Assembly: GCA_020148045.1 (NCBI GenBank)
Contig: JAHCRG010000004.1
Location: forward strand, 576 to 64,575
Reading direction: 5' to 3'
Length of the DNA: 64,000 nucleotides
From: Patescibacteria group bacterium
GTDB lineage: Bacteria; Patescibacteriota; Minisyncoccia; Minisyncoccales; GWA2-38-27
Every line of letters starts with the position of its first letter. The first letter of the stretch is position 1. Of this stretch, positions 46,642-55,782 are shown one piece after another. The position numbers and the translations under genes are program-made. The notes beneath the pieces are model-generated. The model saw only the letters and a list, made by a program, of their open reading frames with translations, was not told where the DNA came from and did no database searches.

Positions 46642-47553
46642 ATGATTCAATTTACAAAACATCGCAAAATATATTTCATTTTCTCCGGAGCTCTAATCAT
46701 AGCCAGTATTTTCGCTTTGGTTGTTTTCGGTTTAAAGCCCGGGATTGATTTTACCGGCGGAAGCATTTTAGAAATTGACTATCAAGAAACAAGACCGTCA
46801 AATCAAGAAATATTAGAAAAATTAAATGAATTTGATTTAGGAACTATTTATGTTCAACCAACTGGAGAAAAAGGAGTTATTCTAAGGATGAAAGAGATTG
46901 ATGAAGAAATTCATCAGCAGATTTTAGAGAGACTTCAAGATGAGAGAGAGTTAGAGGAGATACGATTTGAATCAATTGGGCCCACAATTGGTCAAGAGTT
47001 AAAGCAAAAAACCAAAATTGTTATAGTTGTAGCCTTATTGTCAATGATTGTATATATTGCTTTAGCTTTTAGAAAAGTTCAGAGGCCTTTGCGGTCTTGG
47101 CAGTATGGAATAGCCAGTGTCGTTGCTCTTTTCCATGATATTTTAATTCCCTTAGGGATTTTCGCGGTTTTAGGAAAATTTTATAGCATTGAGATTTCTA
47201 TTCCAGTTATCACTGCTCTTCTTGCTGTTTTAGGATATTCCATTAACAATACAGTAGTTGTCTTTGACAGAATAAGAGAAAATCTTTTGAAAAGAGGGGA
47301 GGCATTTAAAGAAACTGTTGATATAAGCTTAAATCAAACCTTAAGCCGACAGATTAATACTTCTCTGACAACTTTATTTGTAGCTGGAGCTGTCTTCTTT
47401 TTGGGCGGGGAAACTTTAAAATACTTTGCCTTAGCTCTAATTTTCGGAATTTTAGCTGGCACCTATTCCTCAATCTTCCTCGCCGGCCCAATTTTGGTAG
47501 CCTGGTATAGCCTGCGAGACTCGCAGGCTTTATGGCGCCACAGGAGAGAATAA
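46642..47553 (+). CDS. secF: Protein translocase subunit SecF
   Basis: GIDFTGGS, FHDILIPLG, GYSINNTVVVFDRIREN. Immediately follows secD. Confidence 0.9.
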   Translation: MIQFTKHRKIYFIFSGALIIASIFALVVFGLKPGIDFTGGSILEIDYQETRPSNQEILEKLNEFDLGTIYVQPTGEKGVILRMKEIDEEIHQQILERLQDERELEEIRFESIGPTIGQELKQKTKIVIVVALLSMIVYIALAFRKVQRPLRSWQYGIASVVALFHDILIPLGIFAVLGKFYSIEISIPVITALLAVLGYSINNTVVVFDRIRENLLKRGEAFKETVDISLNQTLSRQINTSLTTLFVAGAVFFLGGETLKYFALALIFGILAGTYSSIFLAGPILVAWYSLRDSQALWRHRRE

Positions 47554-47595
47554 AAAGCTTGACCATTCACCTTAAGGTTTTCTAAAGGTGAAGGG

Positions 47596-47624
47596 TTGAC
47601 AAATTGGAAGAATAGGCGTATAGT
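47596..47624 (+). promoter_or_regulatory. Sigma70-type promoter
   Basis: TTGACA (47596-47601), 17 nt, TATAGT (47619-47624). A strong SD (AAAGGAGG) precedes the ATG at 47685. Confidence 0.55.
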
Positions 47625-47684
47625 GTAAGCAGTTCAGATTTTGATCATTGTAAACTACATAAAAGGAAAGAAAGGAGGTATCAA

Positions 47685-48755
47685 ATGGAAACATTCCATA
47701 CGATTATGACACATGAAAATCCTCATTTAGACGAGATTGTTGCAATTTGGTTGCTCCGGATGTTCGGAGGGGAGAAATTTCCCGGGATCAGCACTGCAAA
47801 AGTTAAATATTTGAGTACTGGTGGTAGAACTCCTGATGGCCGTTCAGCCCGAGATTATGAACAAGAAGGTATTCTCCTTATTGGTATTGGGGGTGGACGT
47901 TTTGACGAGCATCCATCTGTCAATGGCAAACGCAGAAAGAATGAGTGTGCTGCTACTCTTGTAGCTAAAGCCCTTGGTATAGATGATGATTTAGTGCTTG
48001 AGAAAATTTTGAGATTTACAATCAATAGCGATCTTAAAATAGGGAGCTATCCTTTTGATTTAGCCTCCATTATCAAGCTTCTTCATCTGCAACATCCAGG
48101 TCACCCACAAACGGCAATAGAATGGGCAGTGACAGCGCTTGGGGCAAAATATCGCGAGCAACTTCAGTTTTTTACCACAACTAAGGCAGAATTTGATGAG
48201 AAAGCCAAAATTGAAGAAATCCCAGGCCCTAATGGACGGATGCTCAAAATGGTAACCATTGTTTCTGATAATCCCCAGATGAATAAATTCGCTCGTTCTA
48301 CCCATGGCGGAAATGCAGACATTGTAATTCAGAGACAGCCCTCCGGGAATATTCAGGTTTTTACTAATGGACGGTCCAATCTAGTTCTTTATGACGTTGC
48401 CCAGATGATTCGGCTTATTGAACAACAAGCAAAGGGTAAGGTTGTAACAACCAATTGGAAACTACTTGCTTCTGAAGGGAAAGTAGAGGGTGCCGAAGAA
48501 TGGTTTTTCCAGGTCACTGGGCAGATGCTTCTTAACGGGAGTCTTACTGCAACTCAGGTACCGGCTACAAAGATTTCTCTTAAAAAAATCAAAGAGATTA
48601 TTCGGATTGGTGTTCATCCACGGACTTTTTATCCAAAGCGGGCTGAAAATTGCAAGCAAGGTTTCTGTTTCTCGACACCTCGCAGTCCGTGTCCATGGTA
48701 TCGGTTTGGGCTTCATCGTTGCCGGGAAATTCGATTCAAAATGAAGAAATCCTAA
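47685..48755 (+). CDS. MYG1/UPF0160-like (DHH-superfamily) metal-dependent hydrolase, tentative, with Cys-rich C-terminal tail
   Basis: THENPHLDE and IGIGGGRFDEH resemble the MYG1 motifs TH..(F)H.DE and DVGG.YD...DHH. The tail is C-x5-C-x8-C-x11-C. Confidence 0.35.
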   Translation: METFHTIMTHENPHLDEIVAIWLLRMFGGEKFPGISTAKVKYLSTGGRTPDGRSARDYEQEGILLIGIGGGRFDEHPSVNGKRRKNECAATLVAKALGIDDDLVLEKILRFTINSDLKIGSYPFDLASIIKLLHLQHPGHPQTAIEWAVTALGAKYREQLQFFTTTKAEFDEKAKIEEIPGPNGRMLKMVTIVSDNPQMNKFARSTHGGNADIVIQRQPSGNIQVFTNGRSNLVLYDVAQMIRLIEQQAKGKVVTTNWKLLASEGKVEGAEEWFFQVTGQMLLNGSLTATQVPATKISLKKIKEIIRIGVHPRTFYPKRAENCKQGFCFSTPRSPCPWYRFGLHRCREIRFKMKKS

Positions 48756-48863
48756 AGCTTTCTCAATTCGCATTCAAATGCGAGGGGAGAAGTGGCGAAA
48801 AAAGAAGGGTTTATTCCTTTACTCTTCTTTTTTTTATTTTCCTTTATCCCCAGCATTTTGGTC

Positions 48864-48893
48864 TTGACAGGGATTTTTAAAAATGTTTAAATA
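48864..48893 (+). promoter_or_regulatory. Sigma70-type promoter
   Basis: TTGACA (48864-48869), 17-18 nt, TTAAAT/TAAATA. Confidence 0.4.
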
Positions 48894-48923
48894 AGAGAAT
48901 AAACAATTAACCATATAAATATT

Positions 48924-49922
48924 ATGAATTTCAATTATCAAAAAATTTGCGCAGATTTATTAAAAGGTTTGCCTCAAAGAACAACCGGTGTTATTGAGAG
49001 GCGTTTTGGTTTGCAAACAGGGCAAAGAGAAACATTAGAAGCTATTGGAGAAAGCTATGGCCGTACCAGAGAAAGAATTCGTCAAATTGAAGATGATGGG
49101 ATTTCTAAAATAAAACCGAGAATTAAGGAGAATCAAAAACTTTTTAAATATTTTGAAGATATTCTTACCTCTTTTGGGGGCTTGAAAAAAGAAGATGATT
49201 TACTCCAGGTTTTGGGCGGAAACAAGTTCCAAAGCCATATTTTCTTTTTATTATCTAATGGAGATGATTTTAATAGATTTCCAGAAGACAATGATTTTTA
49301 TTCTTTTTGGGCAATTAAGAAAGAGTCTGTAAATCAGGCCAAGAAAGTGGTAGAATTAACTATAAATAGATTTAAAAAAGAAAAGAGAACTTTTTCTTTG
49401 AATGAGCTTTTAAAAAATCAGAAGCTAAATAAGGATATTTTTCTTTCATATATTGGCATTTCAAAGCAAATTCAAAAAAATCCTGAAGAGCAATATGGTC
49501 TAAAAGATTGGTTGGAGATTAATCCTCGTGGAGTAAAAGACAGGGCCTATTTGGTTTTTAAGAGGGAAGAGAAACCTTTGCATTTTGCCCAAGTTGCTAC
49601 TCTTATAGAGAAATTACCTTTTCCTTGTCAAAAGGGAATTCACATAGCTACTGTTCATAATGAACTAATTAAGGACCCGAGATTTGTTTTAGTTGGAAGG
49701 GGCCTTTATGCTTTAACAGAATGGGGATATACCCCCGGAGTAGTTAAGGATATAATTTCAAAAATCTTAAAAGAGTCAAAAAAACCTTTATCAAAAAAAG
49801 AGGTTTTGGAAAGGGTTTTAGAACAACGTTTTGTAAAAGAAAATACAGTTTCTCTTAATTTACAGAATAACGATTGTTTTGTCAGGGACTCTCAAGGAAG
49901 GTACAAGGTAAGAGAAGCTTAG
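48924..49922 (+). CDS. Sigma-70 region-4-only HTH protein with C-terminal HARE-HTH-like domain
   Basis: RETLEAIGESYGRTRERIRQIEDDGISKI matches sigma70 region 4.2. No region 2 is present. The C-terminal LHFAQVATLI...FVLVGRGLYALTEWGY resembles HARE-HTH (RNAP delta-like). Confidence 0.6.
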   Translation: MNFNYQKICADLLKGLPQRTTGVIERRFGLQTGQRETLEAIGESYGRTRERIRQIEDDGISKIKPRIKENQKLFKYFEDILTSFGGLKKEDDLLQVLGGNKFQSHIFFLLSNGDDFNRFPEDNDFYSFWAIKKESVNQAKKVVELTINRFKKEKRTFSLNELLKNQKLNKDIFLSYIGISKQIQKNPEEQYGLKDWLEINPRGVKDRAYLVFKREEKPLHFAQVATLIEKLPFPCQKGIHIATVHNELIKDPRFVLVGRGLYALTEWGYTPGVVKDIISKILKESKKPLSKKEVLERVLEQRFVKENTVSLNLQNNDCFVRDSQGRYKVREA

Positions 49923-49941
49923 GAAGTTTCTCAATTTTTTA

Positions 49942-51258
49942 ATGTTTGATTCATTAAAAATTTTAATTCCAATACTTTCCCCAGTCTGGGAAATTTTAAG
50001 AAGCTGGTGGTGGCTGCCATTACCTTTTATTTTATGGTGGCCTTTTTGTTTTCTCTGGCGTTGGCGGAAAACAGATATTTATTTAAAAAAGACAAAATAT
50101 ATTTTGCTTGAGATAAAGATTCCCAAAGAGGTTTTAAAGCCAATCAGGGCTATGGAGACAGTTGTAGATGGATTATGGCAGATTCTTTATGACGCTCCTG
50201 GTTCTTGGTGGGAGAGATGGATTGAGGGGAAAATAATACTTACTTATTCATTTGAAATTGCCTCGATTGGCGGAGAGCCCCACTTTTTTATCAGAATTCC
50301 GGAGAAAAGTCGGGACCCAGTTGAATCAGCTATTTATTCTCAATATCCTGAAGCTGAGATTTCCATAGCTGACGATTATACAAAATATGTCCCTCAAGAT
50401 ATTCCAAATAAGGATTGGGACCTTTGGGGTTCTGATTACAAACTTTTGAAAGAAAATCCCTATCCAATTAAAACCTATCTCAAATTTGAAACAGAACGCG
50501 AGCCCTTAGAGGAAAAAAGAATTGACCCCTTGGCTAGTCTTCTTGAGGCAATGGCAAAAATAAAACCGGGAGAGCAGCTTTGGGTTCAGATTACAGCTAG
50601 TCCAGTTACTGATGAAGAACTTCCCTGGGTAAAAGAAGGAGAAAAGATAAGAGATGAGCTTGCCAGAAGAACAAAAAAGGTTCCAGTAAGAAAACCAATG
50701 ATTATGGAAGTTGCTGATATTTTAGTTACCGGAGAACCACCCGGAGGCCTACCCAAAGAGGAAAAAGAACTCATTCCGCCAGAAATGAAACTTACTCCTG
50801 GAGAAAGAGAAATAATTAGTGGAGTAGAGCAAAAAATGACAAAACGCGGCTTTAAGGCCAGTGCCCGGTTTATTTATCTTGGCAAAAGAGACGTTTTCTT
50901 TAAACCAAAGCTTCGGCTCGTTCTTGCCTTTTTCTCTGCTTTTTTTACTCAAAATCTTAATGCTTTAGTGCCTTGGGGGAAAACTCTAACTAAAATTCAT
51001 AAAAGCTGGTTTTTGCCCCTAAATCTTGTTTTAAATCGGAGATTATATTTGAGAAAAAGATCTCTATTTAGAAAATATAAATTAAGATTTCCTCCTTTGT
51101 TTCCACGAAAGGGTCGTTGGCCTTCATCTTTTATCTTAAATACCGAAGAGATGGCTACTATATTTCACTTTCCTGGCCGAAGAGTTGCTCGAGCTCCTTT
51201 TGTTGAACGCATTGAAGCAAAGAAAGGAGAGGCACCTCCAGGACTACCTACAGAATAG
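49942..51258 (+). CDS. Membrane-anchored protein of unknown function, upstream partner of the TraD-like ATPase
   Basis: An N-terminal Trp-rich TM hairpin (WWWLPLPFILWWPFCFLW), an about 380-aa soluble region, and a C-terminal FHFPG motif. The next gene starts 9 nt downstream. Confidence 0.6.
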   Translation: MFDSLKILIPILSPVWEILRSWWWLPLPFILWWPFCFLWRWRKTDIYLKKTKYILLEIKIPKEVLKPIRAMETVVDGLWQILYDAPGSWWERWIEGKIILTYSFEIASIGGEPHFFIRIPEKSRDPVESAIYSQYPEAEISIADDYTKYVPQDIPNKDWDLWGSDYKLLKENPYPIKTYLKFETEREPLEEKRIDPLASLLEAMAKIKPGEQLWVQITASPVTDEELPWVKEGEKIRDELARRTKKVPVRKPMIMEVADILVTGEPPGGLPKEEKELIPPEMKLTPGEREIISGVEQKMTKRGFKASARFIYLGKRDVFFKPKLRLVLAFFSAFFTQNLNALVPWGKTLTKIHKSWFLPLNLVLNRRLYLRKRSLFRKYKLRFPPLFPRKGRWPSSFILNTEEMATIFHFPGRRVARAPFVERIEAKKGEAPPGLPTE

Positions 51259-51266
51259 ATATCAAT

Positions 51267-52886
51267 ATGATTAATAACGAAATTAATCTTTTCGCTGAAA
51301 CAACTTTCCGTAATATCCGAAAGAAATTTGGCATTAAACCCGATGATAGACGGAGGCATGTTTATGTTGTTGGTAAAACCGGGATGGGAAAGACGGCTAT
51401 GCTTCAAAATATGGCTATTCAGGATATCCAGCAAGGCCGGGGAGTGGGTTTTGTTGACCCTCATGGAGAGGCAGCTGAAGAATTATTGGATTTTGTTCCT
51501 TCAGATCGGATTAATGATGTTATTTATGTTAATCCTGCTGATTTAGAATATCCCATTGCCTTTAATGTTATGGAAAGAGTTGACTTAGAGCATCGGCATT
51601 TAGTAGCTGGTGGATTGATGGGCGTGTTTAAGAAAATCTGGCCTGATGTCTGGTCTGCCAGAATGGAATACATCTTAAATAATTCTATTTTGGCTCTTCT
51701 TGAATATCCGGGTTCAACCCTGCTTGGGATTAATAGGATGATGTCTGACTCAGATTTTCGGAAAAAAGTGGTAGAGAAAATTACTGATCCAATGGTTAAG
51801 TCATTTTGGGTTAATGAATTTGCCCGTTATACTCAAAGATATGAAGTGGAAGCTACAGCAGCTATTCAAAACAAAGTTGGTCAATTCATTTCAGCTCCCC
51901 TGATTAGAAATATTATTGGTCAGATTGGCTCGGCTATTAATATGCGGGAAGTGATGGATAAAGGAAAAATTTTAATTTTAAATTTATCAAAAGGAAGAAT
52001 AGGGGAGGATAATTCAATGTTATTGGGAGCTCTTTTAATTACAAAAATACAGTTGGCTGCTATGTCCCGAGTGGATATGCCCGAAGAGAAAAGAAGAGAT
52101 TTCTTTTTATATGTAGATGAATTTCAAAACTTTGCCACCGAATCATTTGTTAATATTCTCTCTGAAGCAAGAAAATATAGATTAGCTTTAATTTTGGCTC
52201 ATCAATACATTGCCCAAATGGATGAGACGGTTAGAGATGCTGTTTTTGGTAATGTCGGGACTTTAATTTCTTTCCGAGTCGGGGCAGAAGATGCCGAATA
52301 TTTAGAAAAAGAATTTATCCCGGATTTTACTGCCGGAGATATTGTTAATTTGGCAAAATATAACGTTTATTTAAAATTAATGATTGATGGGGTAGCGGGA
52401 AGACCTTTTTCCGCTGAAACCTTAGCTCCGTTTCCAAGAGCCGAGGTTTCCAACAAAGAAAAGATTATAAAAGTTTCTCGGGAAAGATACGGAACTCTTC
52501 GGGGAGAGGTTGAAGAAAAAATTACCAAATGGGCGGGGTTTTTGGAGATGCCGGCTGTCTCAGCTCAAGCTCCCAAAGCTCCTGTTCTTTATGATGCCAC
52601 CTGTTCGTTATGCGGCAAGCCTACAAAAGTGGTCTTCCCGCCAGATGGCAGGAGACCGGTGTATTGTAAGGCCTGTTTAAAAAAAGTAAGAGAAAGTGGC
52701 GGCTCAAAAGAATCAGCCCCGTCAATTTCCTTAGAAAAAGCAGTAAAAGAAGAGCCGGTTTCTTTTGGAAGGCCAAAAAAAAGACCCGAGCCCTTAAAAA
52801 GAAAACGAAAACCAGTTAATTTAACAGAATTAAGAAAAACCTTAGAGGAGTCCTTGGAAAAAAATGAGAACTCTCAAAAACCTTGA
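51267..52886 (+). CDS. TraD/TrwB/VirD4-family (type IV coupling protein-like) P-loop ATPase without TM domain, C-terminal CxxC...CxxC zinc ribbon
   Basis: HVYVVGKTGMGKT Walker A with FVDPHGE, FFLYVDEFQNF Walker B, and RKYRLALILAHQYIAQ. The tail is CSLCGKPTKVVFPPDGRRPVYCKAC. Confidence 0.7.
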   Translation: MINNEINLFAETTFRNIRKKFGIKPDDRRRHVYVVGKTGMGKTAMLQNMAIQDIQQGRGVGFVDPHGEAAEELLDFVPSDRINDVIYVNPADLEYPIAFNVMERVDLEHRHLVAGGLMGVFKKIWPDVWSARMEYILNNSILALLEYPGSTLLGINRMMSDSDFRKKVVEKITDPMVKSFWVNEFARYTQRYEVEATAAIQNKVGQFISAPLIRNIIGQIGSAINMREVMDKGKILILNLSKGRIGEDNSMLLGALLITKIQLAAMSRVDMPEEKRRDFFLYVDEFQNFATESFVNILSEARKYRLALILAHQYIAQMDETVRDAVFGNVGTLISFRVGAEDAEYLEKEFIPDFTAGDIVNLAKYNVYLKLMIDGVAGRPFSAETLAPFPRAEVSNKEKIIKVSRERYGTLRGEVEEKITKWAGFLEMPAVSAQAPKAPVLYDATCSLCGKPTKVVFPPDGRRPVYCKACLKKVRESGGSKESAPSISLEKAVKEEPVSFGRPKKRPEPLKRKRKPVNLTELRKTLEESLEKNENSQKP

Positions 52887-54030
52887 TGTCAAAAATAAAC
52901 GAGTTTTAGTAAGGTGTGATTTTAATATTCCTTTAAATAAAAAAGGGGATATTGGGGATGATTTTCGAATTAAACAGACCATCCCTACCATTGAATATTT
53001 GATTAAAAATAAAGCCAAAGTAATTTTGATGAGTCATTTAGGTGAGCCAGAAGGAAAGGTAGTAGAAACTTTGAGATTAAACCAAGTTCAAGAGAAATTG
53101 GCAGAATATTTAGACCTCTCAATAACAAAAGCCCCGGACTGTATTGGAAAAGAAATTGAGAAACAGGCAGAGAAGATGAAAGAAGGGGAAATTTTGCTTT
53201 TGGAAAATTTAAGGTTCCATAAAGAAGAGAAAGAAAATGACCGAAGTTTCTCTAAGGAGCTTGCTAAATTAGCCGATGTTTACATCAATGATGCTTTTGG
53301 CGTCTCCCACCGAGCCCATGCTTCAATTGTCGGAGTGCCCAAATATTTACCTTCAGGAGCCGGGCTTTTACTTGAAAAAGAGGTTAAAATTCTTTCTAGG
53401 GTTTTGGAAGAACCCTGGCGGCCCTTGGTAGCAATTATTGGTGGGGTTAAAATTTCAAGCAAAATTAAAGTGATTAAACAATTTTTAGAAAAAGCCGACC
53501 ATTTACTTATTGGAGGGAAGATAGCCAATGCTATTTTGATAATAAAAGGAATTTGTGTTGGAAGACCCTGGCCGTCAGAAGAAGTAGCAAAAGAAATTAC
53601 CAAGTTTAATTTAACTTCCACTAAACTTCATCTCCCTATTGATGCTGTTGCCTCGCCAGATGAAACCGGCAAATTTTATGTTCGGGAAACAGGACCTGGA
53701 AGAGTAAGAAAAGACGAAAAACTCTTTGATATTGGGCCGGAAACCATTGAAGTATTTTCTAAAATAATTGAAAAGGCAAAAATGATTATTTGGTCAGGTC
53801 CTTTAGGACGTTTTGAAGAACCATTATTTGAGAAAGGAACGAAAGTGATTGCCGAGAAAATTGCTAAGAATCATCAGGCCTTTAAAATTGTCGGGGGCGG
53901 AGAGACTATTTCTGCTTTATCTAAATTTGGTTTGCGAGAAAAATTTGACCATATTTCCACAGGCGGGGGAGCAATGTTAGAGTTTCTTTCTGGAGAAGAA
54001 CTTCCGGGTTTAAAGATTTTAGAGAAATGA
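52864..54030 (+). CDS. pgk: Phosphoglycerate kinase
   Basis: KRVLVRCDFNIPL, SHLGEP, NDAFG.SHRAHAS, GGGETI, and STGGGA.LEFL. Confidence 0.95.
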   Translation: MRTLKNLDVKNKRVLVRCDFNIPLNKKGDIGDDFRIKQTIPTIEYLIKNKAKVILMSHLGEPEGKVVETLRLNQVQEKLAEYLDLSITKAPDCIGKEIEKQAEKMKEGEILLLENLRFHKEEKENDRSFSKELAKLADVYINDAFGVSHRAHASIVGVPKYLPSGAGLLLEKEVKILSRVLEEPWRPLVAIIGGVKISSKIKVIKQFLEKADHLLIGGKIANAILIIKGICVGRPWPSEEVAKEITKFNLTSTKLHLPIDAVASPDETGKFYVRETGPGRVRKDEKLFDIGPETIEVFSKIIEKAKMIIWSGPLGRFEEPLFEKGTKVIAEKIAKNHQAFKIVGGGETISALSKFGLREKFDHISTGGGAMLEFLSGEELPGLKILEK

Positions 54031-55214
54031 AAACTGAAATCAAAAATCTAAAGAAGACAGCTAACCGGATTTTAAAAGCAATAAAATCAAAAGAAAAAAT
54101 AATTATTTATGGCGATGCTGATTTAGATGGAGTAACTTCAGTAATTATTTTAAAAGAATCTATTAAGAATTTGGGGGGCGAGATTACTGCAATTTATTTT
54201 CCTGACCGGGAAAAAGAAGGTTATGGGATAAATGAAAAAGCCCTCAAATATCTATCAAAAAAAGTTCCTGCTTTACCCCTCACCACTTTTCCAGGAAAAG
54301 CGGTGAGGGGTTTATTGTTAGTTTTAGACTGCGGCATTGGAAATTTCAAAGAAGTGAAAATAGCCAAAAAACTGGGATTTGAAGTAATAATTATCGAGCA
54401 TCACGAAATATTGGATAAAGTTCCTGAAGCTTCTATTGTTGTTGACCCAAAACAAAAAGGAGATAAATATCCCTTCAAACAATTTGCTACAGTTGGAATT
54501 ATTTTTAGGTTAGCTAAGCTTCTTTTGAAAGAAGGAATGACGGAGAATTTAAGAAAAAATTTTTTAGAATTGACAGCTATGGCGACCATTGCTGATATGA
54601 TGCCGAGAATTGACGAAAACGAAGAAATGATTAGAGAAGGGTTAAGTTTCTTAAAAACGAGCTGGCGGCCGGGAATTCAGGCATTATTTGAGTTAGAACC
54701 ATTTAAATCTTTAACTTTGCTTCAGCAAGTTTATAAAGTTAATTCTCTTTTGAATATTCGAAATATTGAGAATAGATTGCCAGCTGCTTTCCGCCTTTTA
54801 ACCGCTTCCAGTAAAAAAGAAGCAGAGAAATTAGCCAGCAAGTTATTGGAAAACAACGTTCAAAAAAGAAAAAGAATAAAAGAAATAACAGCCGAGGTTG
54901 AAGAGAAAGTTTTAGGCAGAGAAGCAGAAGCAATTATTTTTGAGGGAAGTCCTGATTGGGAATTAATTTTATTGGGAGTAGTGGCAGCAATAATTTCTCA
55001 GAAATATCAAAGACCAGTATTTTTATATAAAAAAGATAAGACAGAAAGCCAAGGCAGCATAAGGGCGCCTGCTGGATTTAATACAGTAGAAGCAATGAAA
55101 AATTGTTCAAAAAACCTTATAACCTATGGAGGACATCCCCAAGCATCGGGATTTAAAATTAAAAATGAGGACTTAGAAGAATTCAAAGAATGCTTAATAG
55201 AATACCTTGATTAA
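54027..55214 (+). CDS. DHH/DHHA1 phosphoesterase (short RecJ/NrnA-like)
   Basis: YGDADLDGVTS (DHH motifs I-II), LDCG, IIIEHH (DHH variant), and YGGHPQASGF (DHHA1 GGH). Confidence 0.65.
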   Translation: MKTEIKNLKKTANRILKAIKSKEKIIIYGDADLDGVTSVIILKESIKNLGGEITAIYFPDREKEGYGINEKALKYLSKKVPALPLTTFPGKAVRGLLLVLDCGIGNFKEVKIAKKLGFEVIIIEHHEILDKVPEASIVVDPKQKGDKYPFKQFATVGIIFRLAKLLLKEGMTENLRKNFLELTAMATIADMMPRIDENEEMIREGLSFLKTSWRPGIQALFELEPFKSLTLLQQVYKVNSLLNIRNIENRLPAAFRLLTASSKKEAEKLASKLLENNVQKRKRIKEITAEVEEKVLGREAEAIIFEGSPDWELILLGVVAAIISQKYQRPVFLYKKDKTESQGSIRAPAGFNTVEAMKNCSKNLITYGGHPQASGFKIKNEDLEEFKECLIEYLD

Positions 55215-55216
55215 TT

Positions 55217-55660
55217 ATGAAGAAAATAATTATATATGCAGATGGAGGTTCCAGGGGCAATCCGGGTCCGGCAGCAATCGGGGTGGTGTTTTGCAATGAG
55301 AAAAGTCAGAGTATAAAACAATATTCTGAATATTTAGGAGAGCGTTTTACTAATAACGAAGCAGAATACAAAGCTGTGATCTTCGCTTTAAAAAAATTTA
55401 AAGCTTTATTCGGCAAAAAATTAGCCAAAAATTCAGAAGTTGAAATAAGGTCTGATTCTGAACTCTTGGTAAAACAATTAAATAACCAATATAAAATTTT
55501 AAATGAAAAGATTCAACCCTTATTTTTAGAAGTTTGGAATTTAAAATTTGATTTTAAGAAAGTAAAATTTAAACTAATTTCCCGGGATAAAAATAAAGAG
55601 GCGGATAGATTAGTAAATGAAGCCTTAGACGCCAAATCCAAAACCCAGTCCTTAATTTAA
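55217..55660 (+). CDS. rnhA: Ribonuclease HI
   Basis: IYADGGSRGNPGPAAIGVV, TNNEAEY, SDSELLV, and ADRLVNEAL (DEDD pattern). Confidence 0.8.
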   Translation: MKKIIIYADGGSRGNPGPAAIGVVFCNEKSQSIKQYSEYLGERFTNNEAEYKAVIFALKKFKALFGKKLAKNSEVEIRSDSELLVKQLNNQYKILNEKIQPLFLEVWNLKFDFKKVKFKLISRDKNKEADRLVNEALDAKSKTQSLI

Positions 55661-55677
55661 ACTTAGCTCGGCTAAGT

Positions 55678-55716
55678 TAAGCCTGGTTTAGTTTTTCGTT
55701 AACTAAACCAGGCTTA
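55678..55716 (+). terminator. Long hairpin after rnhA
   Basis: T-AAGCCTGGTTTAGTT / AACTAAACCAGGCTT-A, a 16-bp stem around a 7-nt loop. A weak T tract follows. Confidence 0.55.
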
Positions 55717-55734
55717 GTTTCGAATATAAGGTAT

Positions 55735-55760
55735 AAAAAAGTCCCTTTGAATAGAGGGAC
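55735..55760 (-). terminator. Rho-independent terminator of the minus-strand repeat gene
   Basis: On the minus strand: GTCCCT-ctattcaa-AGGGAC followed by TTTTTT, 23 nt after the stop codon. Confidence 0.7.
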
Positions 55761-55782
55761 TCTAAGCATTCAGAACAAAAAA

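Noticed and set aside
48462-48880. Cluster of three overlapping ORFs (48462..48773 minus, 48490..48744 plus, 48650..48880 plus) at the 3' end of the MYG1-like gene
   Set aside because: They are alternative frames of the same region with implausible, Arg/Ser/Leu/Phe-rich sequences and no start signals. The 47685..48755 frame is continuous with the conserved N-terminal domain.
49942-52886. A complete type IV secretion or conjugation system
   Set aside because: Only a coupling-protein-like ATPase and one membrane protein are present. No VirB4, VirB6, VirB8-11, relaxase or pilin genes occur in the window. It is reported only as an orphan module.
42897-54933. Antisense or nested track ORFs in the housekeeping half (42897..43088, 43069..43254, 44205..44522, 44763..44975, 46244..46621, 47354..47566, 48060..48305, 50586..50774, 50749..50952, 51165..51464, 51328..51546, 53280..53621, 54401..54589, 54739..54933, 57207..57389, 62094..62330)
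   Set aside because: They overlap secA, secD, secF, pgk, the recJ-like gene and other genes with strong homology signatures. They show no independent signals.
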